Of a stretch of 64,000 bases of DNA, positions 48,332-58,174 are shown in pieces (the first letter of the stretch is position 1; each line of letters begins with the position of its first letter). Origin of the DNA: Vitreimonas sp. (GTDB lineage Bacteria > Patescibacteriota > Microgenomatia > UBA1400 > PJMF01); NCBI GenBank assembly GCA_035627515.1, contig DASPLQ010000012.1:327269-391268 (forward strand), given 5' to 3'. The position numbers were made by a program, and so were the translations under genes. A model generated the notes under the pieces. The model did no database searches. It worked only from the letters and a program-made list of their open reading frames with translations, and was not told the origin of the DNA.

Positions 48332-48958
48332 GTGAAAACTCTATTTTCATCGCAAGGTTTAATGGTGACTGCAGTCTGCTTAGTTGTTATCTTGGTAGGC
48401 AGCGCTTTTATTCTCGGCAGAGATTCAAGACAAAGCGTTTCGTCAGTGGTTGACCCACTTTCCCTTACCCAACAGTTATCACGCCACATTGTGCTTCCAG
48501 CCGAACTACCGGAAGTGATTAAAATTGACGATCCACGAGCTTACATGAATGAAAATGCCACTTTTTTTGGAGAAGCTAAAGTAGGAGAGGTATGGTTCAA
48601 ATATCCCGAAATGGACATTTTATTTGACCCAGAGCGCGATAAAATCACCAAAATTGCTCTCAGTTCACGGTCTCGCCCACCACTCAAAATCGCCCTGCGC
48701 TATAACGAAAATGAAAAGAACCGTGTAGATGAGTTTGCAACTCAATTAAGCTCTGTATCAAGTTTGTATAGCATTGTGGAATCAGCCCCAGAAAAAACTC
48801 GCTATGATGGTGATTATGTGATTGTGAATAATCAAAATCGCTTAGAAGAAATTAAAATCTTGGGAGCGGTGTTACAAAGCCCCGTCCTTCCCACCAAACC
48901 ACCTATGGTCGCCTCCACCAGCGCGGATGTGATTCTGACGTTTGGCACTCCTCAGTAA
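48332..48958 (+). CDS. hypothetical N-terminally anchored protein
   Basis: ORF track; N-terminal TM helix; last gene of the plus-strand giant-gene block. Confidence 0.45.
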   Translation: MKTLFSSQGLMVTAVCLVVILVGSAFILGRDSRQSVSSVVDPLSLTQQLSRHIVLPAELPEVIKIDDPRAYMNENATFFGEAKVGEVWFKYPEMDILFDPERDKITKIALSSRSRPPLKIALRYNENEKNRVDEFATQLSSVSSLYSIVESAPEKTRYDGDYVIVNNQNRLEEIKILGAVLQSPVLPTKPPMVASTSADVILTFGTPQ

Positions 48959-48965
48959 CCATTCA

Positions 48966-49595
48966 CTAAAGTGAGCTCAAGTAAACTTGCTGCAAGATAG
49001 TGCTCCATTCTTGATTTTGGGCTAACACTCGAGTAGTAAGCTTTTGCTGAATCGGATCGTTACCGGTATTCAAAAAGACATACAAGGCAATTTCTTTGTT
49101 GGCAAGTTCACCATTGTTGAGCATATCCACTATCACAGCTTGACCTACACTTGAAGTTAAATCCATCTGAGCGGTGACGGTATAACCATTCCCCACTTTC
49201 TCTACCTGGGCATCTCCCATCGAAAAAAGCCAAGGAGTCTCTAGCTCAGTGGTGCCAGTTTTTTGAGGAAAACCCAAACCTACTTTCGGCTCTACAAATA
49301 ATCGTCTTTGAGGTTCATCGCTGGTTACACTCAGCATCACAGAATATTTATATTTATTATTTGTACCTGGAAGTAACTCTAAGTTCTCATCTACGACCTC
49401 GATGTGAGGCAGACTCACCGGAGTAGGAGCCAAAAATGACAGCCAACCGGTTTTCGGCAAAGCCGCAATCACTAAGCCTACTCCCCCAATAACTGCTATC
49501 CCAGCTACTATGCCCAAGCTCCAAATCACCTTTTTGTACTGACTCAAAAAAGTAGGTGAAGTAGTAGCGGTATCAGTGGGTTGCTCGGGTGGCAT
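48966..49595 (-). CDS. bitopic membrane protein encoded downstream of the pilin genes (possible pilus-associated protein)
   Basis: Single TM (VIWSLGIVAGIAVIGGVGLVIAAL) then a periplasmic/extracellular beta-rich domain. Same strand as the three pilins, 12 nt from the upstream gene. Confidence 0.5.
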   Translation of the reverse strand: MPPEQPTDTATTSPTFLSQYKKVIWSLGIVAGIAVIGGVGLVIAALPKTGWLSFLAPTPVSLPHIEVVDENLELLPGTNNKYKYSVMLSVTSDEPQRRLFVEPKVGLGFPQKTGTTELETPWLFSMGDAQVEKVGNGYTVTAQMDLTSSVGQAVIVDMLNNGELANKEIALYVFLNTGNDPIQQKLTTRVLAQNQEWSTILQQVYLSSL

Positions 49596-49607
49596 AGCTT
49601 CCTCCTT

Positions 49608-50135
49608 CTAATCCTCACACATAAAATAATCTAACGAACTCGGCGTCCCAGTGTATTGGCCGTACCCATGGCCACTTGGTACGCATCGTTGTTGGCTCTT
49701 GATAATATCCTCATCAGAAGCATTTTCTAGTTGTGTCCGTAATAAAAATTTATTACCGACATAGGGATTTTCCGTGTAATACGAAAACGTGCCTGTGGTG
49801 GGTAATTCTTTCATATAAACAGTTGGGCCACTGCCAGCACTAAAAGTAATGGCACAATTGCCACTCGGTGTACAAGTACATTGAGTGACCCCCAAGAGGC
49901 CACAGCCTACAATAGCGGTATTTGCACCGGCTGAAGCTGGATACTTCTGATAATCGTTGTAGTACAAGCGCAAAGCGGTTTTTAAGTTGCGCAGATCACT
50001 CTTTTTCTTCGCGTCAGCGGCGCGGCTGCGGACTCCCACAAAGTTGGGCAGCAGCATGGCAGCCAACACCCCAATTACCGAGATGACAACCAATAACTCG
50101 ATTAAAGTAAACCCTCGCCGTGACCATGTTTTCAT
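49608..50135 (-). CDS. type IV pilin/pseudopilin (class III signal peptide)
   Basis: MKTWSRRG-FTLIELLVVISVIGVLAAML: prepilin cleavage motif G/FTLIE with Glu at +5. Cys pairs in the C-terminal domain. Confidence 0.8.
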   Translation of the reverse strand: MKTWSRRGFTLIELLVVISVIGVLAAMLLPNFVGVRSRAADAKKKSDLRNLKTALRLYYNDYQKYPASAGANTAIVGCGLLGVTQCTCTPSGNCAITFSAGSGPTVYMKELPTTGTFSYYTENPYVGNKFLLRTQLENASDEDIIKSQQRCVPSGHGYGQYTGTPSSLDYFMCED

Positions 50136-50144
50136 TACTACTCC

Positions 50145-50708
50145 TTACAAACTCGTATTGGTGCTAGTGACTACGTAGTTGCACTCATAAGCGCCACAGT
50201 CGTAACCACTATCCTCCGCGTTAATATCGGTATCCAGATCGTTTTCTAAATATGCATAGAGATGAAAGATTTTGCGTGAGCCATCAGTATAATAATAATA
50301 GGTGTACGTCGACCGAGGATCTTCAGGCAGCTTCACCATATAAATGGTTCTAGCTGTCACTCCGGTTACGGTTTCTTCGAAGGCCTCTCCCCACTCGCAT
50401 ACCGTTTTGCCAGTGTCATTGGTAGATTTGGTACCACAACCATAAATTTTGCCTGAATCGGAACCATCATCGGGATATTTACTTTTGTCGTTATAGTACA
50501 CCTCGAGAGCACTGGCTATATTTTTCAAATCTGACTTGCGGCGAGCATCACGGCTTTTTTGCTGGGTAGAACGATAACTCCCTACCCCAATAGTGGACAG
50601 CACCCCAATAATCACCATCACAATCATGATTTCCATCAAGGTAAAACCTGCTTGCGCGACGCGATGCCGATAAGTATGAGAGCTGTGAGAGGGGAAAATA
50701 CTAAGCAT
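50145..50708 (-). CDS. type IV pilin/pseudopilin
   Basis: AQAG-FTLMEIMIVMVIIGVLSTIG prepilin motif; four Cys in the C-terminal globular domain. Confidence 0.8.
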   Translation of the reverse strand: MLSIFPSHSSHTYRHRVAQAGFTLMEIMIVMVIIGVLSTIGVGSYRSTQQKSRDARRKSDLKNIASALEVYYNDKSKYPDDGSDSGKIYGCGTKSTNDTGKTVCEWGEAFEETVTGVTARTIYMVKLPEDPRSTYTYYYYTDGSRKIFHLYAYLENDLDTDINAEDSGYDCGAYECNYVVTSTNTSL

Positions 50709-50713
50709 AATTA

Positions 50714-51420
50714 TTATTCGTCACACCTAAATTCTGAGTAAATACACATATTCTGACAGTTACTTTCGGAAAAGCTTTGGGGACAGCCTTTATCAGCCGC
50801 GTTTTGAGGGTCTCCATAGTTATTGCAGGCTCCAGAAGTACCAGGTGCACACGCCCAGACACCGTTATATTCGCCATTAGGTTGGGTGGGAGCGGCACTA
50901 GCCGGCGGTGTATAAGAACCATCATTGGGTACTGGTATCCCTGCCGAGATACCGTAATTCAAACCCTCTCCATAGCCACACCCTTCTGGTCCACTACATC
51001 CCACCGCACTAATAGAGTGATCATTGCCATCTTCTAAAATAGCCAAAACCCGATAACTCTTCTTGCAGACTGACTCATCCACTTGAATGTACCGATACGG
51101 ATCTTTAGTCAATGGATCACAAGGAATTGAAGCTAAGTAAGGAGCAAAATCAGCGCTATTGCAGTTATCAAGACTGTTTTCCTCTGGATAACAGCGATTG
51201 TCGTTGTAGTAATCCTCAAACGCAACTCGAATTCTCTCCAGATCAGCTTTGCGGCGAGCATCTCGAGCACGCGCGAGTTGTAACTGCAGAGCCAAAAATA
51301 ACACCACAGCCAATACCCCAATAATAGCAGCTACTATCAGCAACTCGATCATGGTGATACCAGAGCTGGATTGACGACGAGGTCGGATGAGGCTCAACAG
51401 TCGAGTGATCATAACTACTA
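50714..51420 (-). CDS. type IV pilin/pseudopilin (larger, Cys-rich C-terminal domain)
   Basis: RPRRQSSSG-ITMIELLIVAAIIGVLAVVL prepilin motif with Glu at +5. Start taken at ATG 51420 (MITRLL...) rather than the ORF-track TTG at 51481. At least 8 Cys in the C-terminal half. Confidence 0.7.
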
Positions 51421-51537
51421 CTATACCAACTTTTTGACCTGCAAGGCAATCAATAACCTGTTGCGCCGATGGTATGTACAACAGAGACCTAGTGAGTCAC
51501 CCTTCCCAAACCTCTCAAAATTTGTTTCAATAGAGGT

Positions 51538-53682
51538 ATGTCCCATTTCGAAGATACTCACTCCTCTGTTTCTGTACTGCCCGCAGGGGTAACCGCTTTC
51601 GCGGAAAAGGCTCTCTTGAGTCTCGGTGTGTTGACGCTCCTCTTAGTCATCCCTTTCTTCGTTAACTTCATGATTACAACTAAAGTTTTAGTCCTGTTAG
51701 TCGGAGCAATTGTGCTGATGGCGTTATTTGTGTTTTCGAGCATTTCTTCTCGGAGCTTACGTTTACCTACTCATCCATTCTTGCTGCCTTTGTTGCTGTT
51801 CGGGATTAGTTCGATTATTTCCAGTTTAACTACCAATAGTTACCCCATTGAAAATTTATTAGGTTTCGGTGGCGTATACATTAGTTTTGTCGTGATTGCC
51901 TTTTGTGGTGGTTTAGTTCTGACTCCCCGCAGTAGTACTACTTTAGTGAATTACCTCAGTGTTGGTTTGATCATTCTGGCTGTCAGCACCATGTTACAGT
52001 TCGTTGGTTTTGGGCCCTCTCGCCTCCTCAATTTAATATCCACCAATAGTACTCCTGACGTTAATATCTTTAACCTCAGTGGCTCAGTCTTTATTGCTGC
52101 CCAAGTGTTTGGCTTAGGTGTACTGATGCTCGGCTATGAAGCCCTTCGTCACCGCAAACTCAATAGTCTTGAAGTAGCAGCCTTAGTAATGAGTGCGATT
52201 GGTCTGGCACTGAGTGTTTATCTATCTTTACCAGGTCAAGACGGAGCACCTTTAATTTTACCGCTCAGTATCAGTTGGTCGATGGCACTCGATGCCTTAC
52301 ATAACTTGCGCACCGCTATCGTCGGCGTCGGCCCTGAGCAATATATCTCGGTTTACTCTCAGTTCCGACCTCTGTGGACGAATGATCAAACCTGGTGGAA
52401 TGTTTTGTTCTCACAAGGCAGTAACTTACCACTGACATTGATGGTCACTCACGGTTTGGTGGGCTTGGCAGCGTGGGGTTTCTTAGCCGTACGGATGGTG
52501 TTACAAGCTCGAACTCGGGCAGGAGTCATTACACCAGTCATGACCTTGAGTTTAGGTATCTTAGTATTGCAGCTCATCTTCCCTAATAACATTGTCTTGA
52601 TCACCCTCCAAGCTTTAGGGCTGGCCGCGTGGATCGCTAGTGAGAAAGCTGAGTACCCAGAAGTTGATTTGCGCTTACTCCATATCATTAAAAGACCTCA
52701 CCGCGAAGAAACAGCTGGGAATCCTTCACAGCTCAGTGGCTTAATCGCGATCGTGGTAGCAGTCCTTATTGGTGGCAGTGGTTTGTACTTTGTCGGTCGC
52801 GCCTATGCTGCTTCTGTCGCCTTTTATCGTGCTTCAGTTGCTCTTCAGAATAACGACGGCGCCGAAGGCTACCGCCTCCAACAGCAAGCTGTTAACCTCA
52901 ATCCTTACATTAGTAGTTACCGCAACAGTTATGCGCTGACTAACTTAGCCATTGCTGCTGCTCTCTCTAATAAAGCTGACTTAACCGCAGAAGAGCGCTC
53001 TCAAGTCGCTCAGCTCCTCCAACAAGCCGTGAGAGAAGGCCGAGCTGCTACCGTTTTACGCCCTGATCTGAGTAATAACTGGCAGGTCTTAGGCCAAATC
53101 TATCGCAACTTAATTGGCTCAGCTGAAGGTGCCGAAGACTGGACTATCACCTCCTACTCCACCGCCGCTCAGACAGCTCCTACTGATCCGCAAATCCGGG
53201 TGGAACTAGGATTAATTATGTTCCAACTCCAACGCTACCAAGAAGCAGGCTTGCTGTTCCAACAAGCAGCCGAACTAAAACCCGACTTAGCTAGTGCTTA
53301 CTACAACTTAGCTCGGGTTTACAAAGAACTGAAACAATGGGAATTAGCCCAAGCCGCCTACCAACAAACCCTGACACTAATCGAGCCCAATACTGATGCC
53401 TATACCGTGACAACTGCTGAGTTGGAAGAAGTAGAAAAAGAAGTGGCTAAGCTGCCACCAGCTCAAGGCCAAGGTTCACAACAAGGCAGCAGTACTGGTC
53501 AAAATCGCCAGCCAAGTAGCTCACCTACTCCGTCCGCAGCACCCGCTGCCAGTCCCGCTGCTGATTTACCACCCATTACCCAACAAAACCTGACTAACTC
53601 AGATGCCGACGTGGTTAATCAACCCGGTGAACAACCATTAACTGTCCAACCACCGAGCTCGCTACCCCAAACCGATCTCTAA
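51538..53682 (+). CDS. polytopic membrane protein of the O-antigen ligase/Wzy_C-like type fused to C-terminal TPR repeats
   Basis: At least 10 predicted TM helices with one large extracytoplasmic loop, then TPR-like helices (AYYNLARVYKELKQWELAQAAYQQTLTLIEP) and a Pro/Ser/Ala-rich tail. Divergently transcribed from the pilin operon, with only 117 bp between starts. Confidence 0.5.
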   Translation: MSHFEDTHSSVSVLPAGVTAFAEKALLSLGVLTLLLVIPFFVNFMITTKVLVLLVGAIVLMALFVFSSISSRSLRLPTHPFLLPLLLFGISSIISSLTTNSYPIENLLGFGGVYISFVVIAFCGGLVLTPRSSTTLVNYLSVGLIILAVSTMLQFVGFGPSRLLNLISTNSTPDVNIFNLSGSVFIAAQVFGLGVLMLGYEALRHRKLNSLEVAALVMSAIGLALSVYLSLPGQDGAPLILPLSISWSMALDALHNLRTAIVGVGPEQYISVYSQFRPLWTNDQTWWNVLFSQGSNLPLTLMVTHGLVGLAAWGFLAVRMVLQARTRAGVITPVMTLSLGILVLQLIFPNNIVLITLQALGLAAWIASEKAEYPEVDLRLLHIIKRPHREETAGNPSQLSGLIAIVVAVLIGGSGLYFVGRAYAASVAFYRASVALQNNDGAEGYRLQQQAVNLNPYISSYRNSYALTNLAIAAALSNKADLTAEERSQVAQLLQQAVREGRAATVLRPDLSNNWQVLGQIYRNLIGSAEGAEDWTITSYSTAAQTAPTDPQIRVELGLIMFQLQRYQEAGLLFQQAAELKPDLASAYYNLARVYKELKQWELAQAAYQQTLTLIEPNTDAYTVTTAELEEVEKEVAKLPPAQGQGSQQGSSTGQNRQPSSSPTPSAAPAASPAADLPPITQQNLTNSDADVVNQPGEQPLTVQPPSSLPQTDL

Positions 53683-53854
53683 ACTCACTTCGGTCTTACG
53701 TTCTCACACTATCACTCATTACCACCGCGGGTCTTTGGTTGCTGTTTTTCCAAACGCACATCATTGCCCATGGTAATAGAGGAAATGCTATAAAAAGCAT
53801 CAATTTATATAAAATGTTAGACAATGTAAGCAAAAATAAGCTTTAAAGATCAAA

Positions 53855-55120
53855 CTATGCTTTATTAATAATAAAGGCTATTTTTTGTCTCAATTTTTCA
53901 AGACCTTGTTGAGTAGCAGCGCTTAAAAAGAGCAATTGGTCTGGAGAGCTGGGCCATAATTGTCTAATAGCTGTTTCCAGCTCTGGCGTCAATAAATCTG
54001 CTTTATTAATCACCATCACTGCTTCTTTTTCTAGTAACGCCGGTGAGTACGTTTCTAGCTCATGTTGCAAACTCTCCAATTGAGAGAGGAGCTGTTGGGC
54101 TTTGTCTTGATCACTCAGTTCGGTATTAAAGATAGTCACTTCATCGAGAGCCAAGAGATATACCAACACCCGACAGGCCTCGACGTGGCGCAAGAACTGT
54201 AATCCCAGTCCTTTTCCTTGACTGGCCCCTTCAATTAATCCGGGGATGTCAGCCATCACGGCATCGAGGTCTTTCATCACGCCTAAGTGAGGTTCCAAGG
54301 TCGTAAAAGGGTAATTAGCGATTTTGGGTTGTGCGTTAGTCATTCGCGAGAGAAGCGTGCTTTTACCGGCATTAGGAAAGCCCACCAGGCCCACATCGGC
54401 TAATAGTCTCAGCTCAAAAATGACATGCTTAATCTCACCAAACGTGCCGTACTCAGCTAACAACGGCGTGGTTCGCTCTGAGCCTTTGAACGCTTCATTC
54501 CCTCGCCCACCAAAGCCGCCCTGAGCAATAATAACTTCTTGGCCATCCTGAGTAATATCAATCAGCTTCAATTTAGGTACCTCACGGATATCAAAATCAC
54601 TGGCTTCAGGTTTCAGTGCTGACAAAGACTCTGCCTCGAACTCCTCCAGGCTTTCTTCTCTGTCTTGGCCACGCGGATCACGAATGGGCTCAGCCTCATC
54701 ACTTTCTCGCTCGGGAATTCGTTGGCCCTCTTGCTCCAAGTAATATTGTTCAAACTCGACGTCACCTTTACCCAACGTTTGATCCAAACCCACCCGGCGA
54801 TGTCGCCGACGACTAATCCTGTTCTCTTCGACCAGCCAAATAGTGGTGCCAACTGGCACCTCAATCACTACACTCTCACCTTTGGCGCCAAAGCGACGCT
54901 GCTTCCCACCGGCCTGGCCGGGTGGAGCCACAATTTCTTTGATACCAGCTAAGTGTTTGAGGGTACTGAGAGCCGAACTCCCACGGATGATAATACTGCC
55001 GCCATCCCCACCTTTGCCACCATCGGGGCCACCTTTGGGTACAAATTTTTCGCGCCGAAACGAGACGCGGCCATGTCCACCATCGCCGGCTTTAAGAAGT
55101 AAGGAAACAAGATCGATCAT
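53855..55120 (-). CDS. obg: GTPase Obg, with a large insertion in the N-terminal Obg fold
   Basis: Gly-rich Obg fold (AGDGGHGRVSFRREKFVPKGGPDGGKGGDGG), G1 motif GFPNAGKST, DIPG (G3), NKAD (G4). About 85 extra acidic residues lie between VPVGTTIWLVEEN and GGFGGRGN. Confidence 0.85.
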   Translation of the reverse strand: MIDLVSLLLKAGDGGHGRVSFRREKFVPKGGPDGGKGGDGGSIIIRGSSALSTLKHLAGIKEIVAPPGQAGGKQRRFGAKGESVVIEVPVGTTIWLVEENRISRRRHRRVGLDQTLGKGDVEFEQYYLEQEGQRIPERESDEAEPIRDPRGQDREESLEEFEAESLSALKPEASDFDIREVPKLKLIDITQDGQEVIIAQGGFGGRGNEAFKGSERTTPLLAEYGTFGEIKHVIFELRLLADVGLVGFPNAGKSTLLSRMTNAQPKIANYPFTTLEPHLGVMKDLDAVMADIPGLIEGASQGKGLGLQFLRHVEACRVLVYLLALDEVTIFNTELSDQDKAQQLLSQLESLQHELETYSPALLEKEAVMVINKADLLTPELETAIRQLWPSSPDQLLFLSAATQQGLEKLRQKIAFIINKA

Positions 55121-55187
55121 ATAAGTAACTAAGTCTTTAAGTAATTAAGTAATTGAGTCCCTGAATGTGACTCATAAATTAAGCACT

Positions 55188-56315
55188 CTACCTCAAGAAG
55201 TTCCCTGGATTCAATAAATTACCACCCTGGCGAACTTCAAAGTGTAAGTGTGTACCCGTCGACCGACCGGTGCTACCCATTTGGCCGAGCAGATCACCAC
55301 GGTTGACGCGTTGCCCACTCTGCACTTGGACCACGCTCATGTGAGCATAGAGTGTAACATAGCCATTGCCATGGTCTACCATCACTCGGTTACCATAGCC
55401 ACTGTTATCAATCCACCCAGCTACGACCACAGTGCCACTGTCGGCGGCCAAGATAGGACCGCCACCTTTGTTAGCGATATCAAATGCTTTGTGGTAAAAC
55501 TGGTAACCCTGCGTAATCCGACCCGCAGCTGGCCAGACAAACGACCCCGTCGCCGCCACTGAGCCAGCATCTGGCGTAAAGCGTGTCGCCACCCGCGAGA
55601 CTGGTCGGGCCACAGGATCATCAGGTTTCACACCTTCAGGCACCACCAAAAATTGGCCGGTGGCTAACTCAAAGGTTTCATCATTAGAAAACTCGTTGAA
55701 TGGATAGTCGACAATGCTCTGCAACTCGGCTTCATCTTCTAAGCCGTATTTTTTACCAATCGATTGGATGGTTTCACCGCGCTGCACTTTGTGACGGACA
55801 CCGTTGACGGGTAAAATTCGCAACTCTTGTCCAGGCTTTAGTTTAGGATTTTTGTCTAAGTTGTTTTCCCACTGGATGGTAGAGATATCGAGGCCATAAC
55901 GCTCAGCAATTGAACTCAAGGTCTCCCCTTCTTGGACCACATGGGTGACGATTTCTCCGCCGCGGTATTGGCGAACTTGCTCAGCTTGGACGGTTTGAAA
56001 GTTTTCGCCATAGGCATTGGCCGTCAACACACCACCTTTGATTTCAGCTTGGGTGTTCTCTTCAGCCTGTCGCAAAATAAAGGGGCCAAAGGTAATCACA
56101 AAAAAGACTAAGCCAATGGTGCCAAAGTGGAGAAAAGGCCGGGTGTACTTCCCGCGCTGTTTGTACAGCAAATCAACTAAGGCGTCCTTGAGGATTTCAA
56201 AGCGAGAAAACCAGCGATACCCTCGAGTCCGAATATAGCGCCGCACAAAAACACCAAACTGTCCAAAATCGGAGACCACAGCCGGAGTTTTGATTTCAAA
56301 TTGAATGCGCGGCAT
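55188..56315 (-). CDS. cell-wall peptidase: N-terminal TM, two LysM domains, C-terminal M23 (LytM-type) metallopeptidase
   Basis: LysM motifs HVVQEGETLSSIAERYGLD and HKVQRGETIQSIGKKYGLE. M23 signature GNRVMVDHGNGYVTLYAHM...GSTGRSTGTHLHFEV. Confidence 0.8.
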   Translation of the reverse strand: MPRIQFEIKTPAVVSDFGQFGVFVRRYIRTRGYRWFSRFEILKDALVDLLYKQRGKYTRPFLHFGTIGLVFFVITFGPFILRQAEENTQAEIKGGVLTANAYGENFQTVQAEQVRQYRGGEIVTHVVQEGETLSSIAERYGLDISTIQWENNLDKNPKLKPGQELRILPVNGVRHKVQRGETIQSIGKKYGLEDEAELQSIVDYPFNEFSNDETFELATGQFLVVPEGVKPDDPVARPVSRVATRFTPDAGSVAATGSFVWPAAGRITQGYQFYHKAFDIANKGGGPILAADSGTVVVAGWIDNSGYGNRVMVDHGNGYVTLYAHMSVVQVQSGQRVNRGDLLGQMGSTGRSTGTHLHFEVRQGGNLLNPGNFLR

Positions 56316-56461
56316 GAGTTGAGTAATCGAGTAATTTAGTAATTGAGTAATTAAGACGACGAGAATTGAGTATACACCACTTTTACCTCAAGAGCCAATT
56401 GCGCCCTGGATAATAAGTTACTCATCCGCCAGCTGGCGGACTTAATTACTTATTTACTTCC

Positions 56462-57994
56462 TTACGCTGCTTTCAGTGAAGCCAAGAATTCTTTGTTGGA
56501 TTTGCTGCGTTTGAGTTGGTCCACAAAGGTGCTGGTCCGCTCTTCTTTATCGAGGGTGTCCAACATCCGTTGTAAGGTCATGACTGATTGATACGTCATG
56601 GAATCCATCAGTAAGTCATCGCGGCGGGTGCCAGAACGTTGCACATCAATAGCTGGATAGATACGGCGTTCAGCCAAGCGACGATCAAGGTGTACTTCTT
56701 GGTTACCAGTGCCCTTGAACTCCTCATAAACCAAGTCATCCATCCGTGAGCCAGTATCAACTAGAGCGGTACCGACAATTGTCAGTGAACCATTAACTTC
56801 GAAGTTACGCGCAGCTCCGAAAAACTTCTTAGGTGGGAACAAGGCTGCAGGGTCGAAACCACCAGACAAGGTTCTTCCAGAAGTGGGAATCGATAAGTTA
56901 TACGCCCGAGCCAAACGAGTAATTGAGTCTAATAAAATGACCACGTCCTTGCCCATCTCCACTAAGCGTTTAGCACGCTCGAGAGCGAGTTCAGCTACAC
57001 GACATTGATCTTCAGCGGGCTCATCGAAGTTACTGGCGGCCACTTCACCGGTGCCTTTAGTAATTCTCTCGATATGACGACGAATATCAGTCACCTCTTC
57101 AGGCCGCTCGCCTACCAACACAGCCATCAAATGCACCTCTGGGTGATTGGCGGCAATACCAGTGGCAATATCTTTGAGCAAGGTTGTTTTACCAGCTTTA
57201 GGTGGTGAGACGATTAAACTCCGTTGACCTTTACCAATCGGCGCAATCAAATCAATGATGCGTAAGGATAATGGTTCATCACCATTTTCTAAATTAATTT
57301 GCGAATCAGGATAGACTGGAGTTAAGCTATGAAACTTGACACGGTCACTGTTCATGACCTCTTCAACTGGTCGGCCATTGACGGTGTCAACTTTCAATAA
57401 GCCCCAATACCGTTCGTTTTCTTTAGGTTCACGGCCTGGCCCTTCCACTACGTCACCAGGACGCAGCTTGAAACGGCGAATTTGTGAGGTGGAGATATAT
57501 GCGTCTTTTTCTTCGGTGGAAGTTAAACTGACGCGCAACACACCATGACCATCTTTGGAGGTATCGAGGATACCCCGGATCGTATGGGTAGGTACATCGC
57601 GTAAACTGGCTTCGTTGTACTCTTGGTAATCTTGATCATCATTATTATTATTGCGAGGTGATTTGTGATTAAAGTTGGGGCGGCGGCGGTCGCGATCGCC
57701 ATCACCATTAGAACGACGCATGGTGTTCATACCATTGGAGCGTGCAGCTGGGCGAGGAGGTGCTGAGCGAGGGCGTAAGGGCTCGACAGGAATATCTTTG
57801 ACGGCAGCGACAGGAGCGGGAGCAACGGGAGCTTCGGCCACAGGTGCCTCTGCAACAGAACCACCACTGACAAAATCAGCGGCAGCTTTCTTACTACTCT
57901 CAGTGGGAGCAGCTTTAGATGATGATTCTTCAGAAGTTGCTTCAGCAACAGTTCCGACTAATTCCTCGACAGCCTTGGTGGAGGTACGGGGCAT
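56462..57994 (-). CDS. rho: transcription termination factor Rho with ~130-aa low-complexity N-terminal extension
   Basis: Rho RNA-binding and RecA-like domains (DLIAPIGKGQRSLIVSPPKAGKTTLL, SGGFDPAALFPPKKFFGAARNFE, RRDDLLMD). N-terminus is A/P/S/R/N/D-rich. Confidence 0.9.
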   Translation of the reverse strand: MPRTSTKAVEELVGTVAEATSEESSSKAAPTESSKKAAADFVSGGSVAEAPVAEAPVAPAPVAAVKDIPVEPLRPRSAPPRPAARSNGMNTMRRSNGDGDRDRRRPNFNHKSPRNNNNDDQDYQEYNEASLRDVPTHTIRGILDTSKDGHGVLRVSLTSTEEKDAYISTSQIRRFKLRPGDVVEGPGREPKENERYWGLLKVDTVNGRPVEEVMNSDRVKFHSLTPVYPDSQINLENGDEPLSLRIIDLIAPIGKGQRSLIVSPPKAGKTTLLKDIATGIAANHPEVHLMAVLVGERPEEVTDIRRHIERITKGTGEVAASNFDEPAEDQCRVAELALERAKRLVEMGKDVVILLDSITRLARAYNLSIPTSGRTLSGGFDPAALFPPKKFFGAARNFEVNGSLTIVGTALVDTGSRMDDLVYEEFKGTGNQEVHLDRRLAERRIYPAIDVQRSGTRRDDLLMDSMTYQSVMTLQRMLDTLDKEERTSTFVDQLKRSKSNKEFLASLKAA

Positions 57995-58174
57995 AAAAAC
58001 CTTTAGGTAAATGAAGTGATTAATACTAATTGATACTGCAACATGAAAAAGGTGTGGTTATTACGAATCTCGTCTGCAATTCAGCGGAAACCGATTTGTG
58101 TGTGGAAACACTGAAGTAGCCACTATTATACAAAAAAAGCTAAAAATGTCAAAATGGTCTGGTGATGAGCGTGC

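Noticed and set aside
46515-48958. Prophage remnant, given the tail-collar domain
   Set aside because: No capsid, terminase, portal, integrase or lysis genes in the flanking 20 kb; the collar-domain protein has a signal peptide like a host surface protein.
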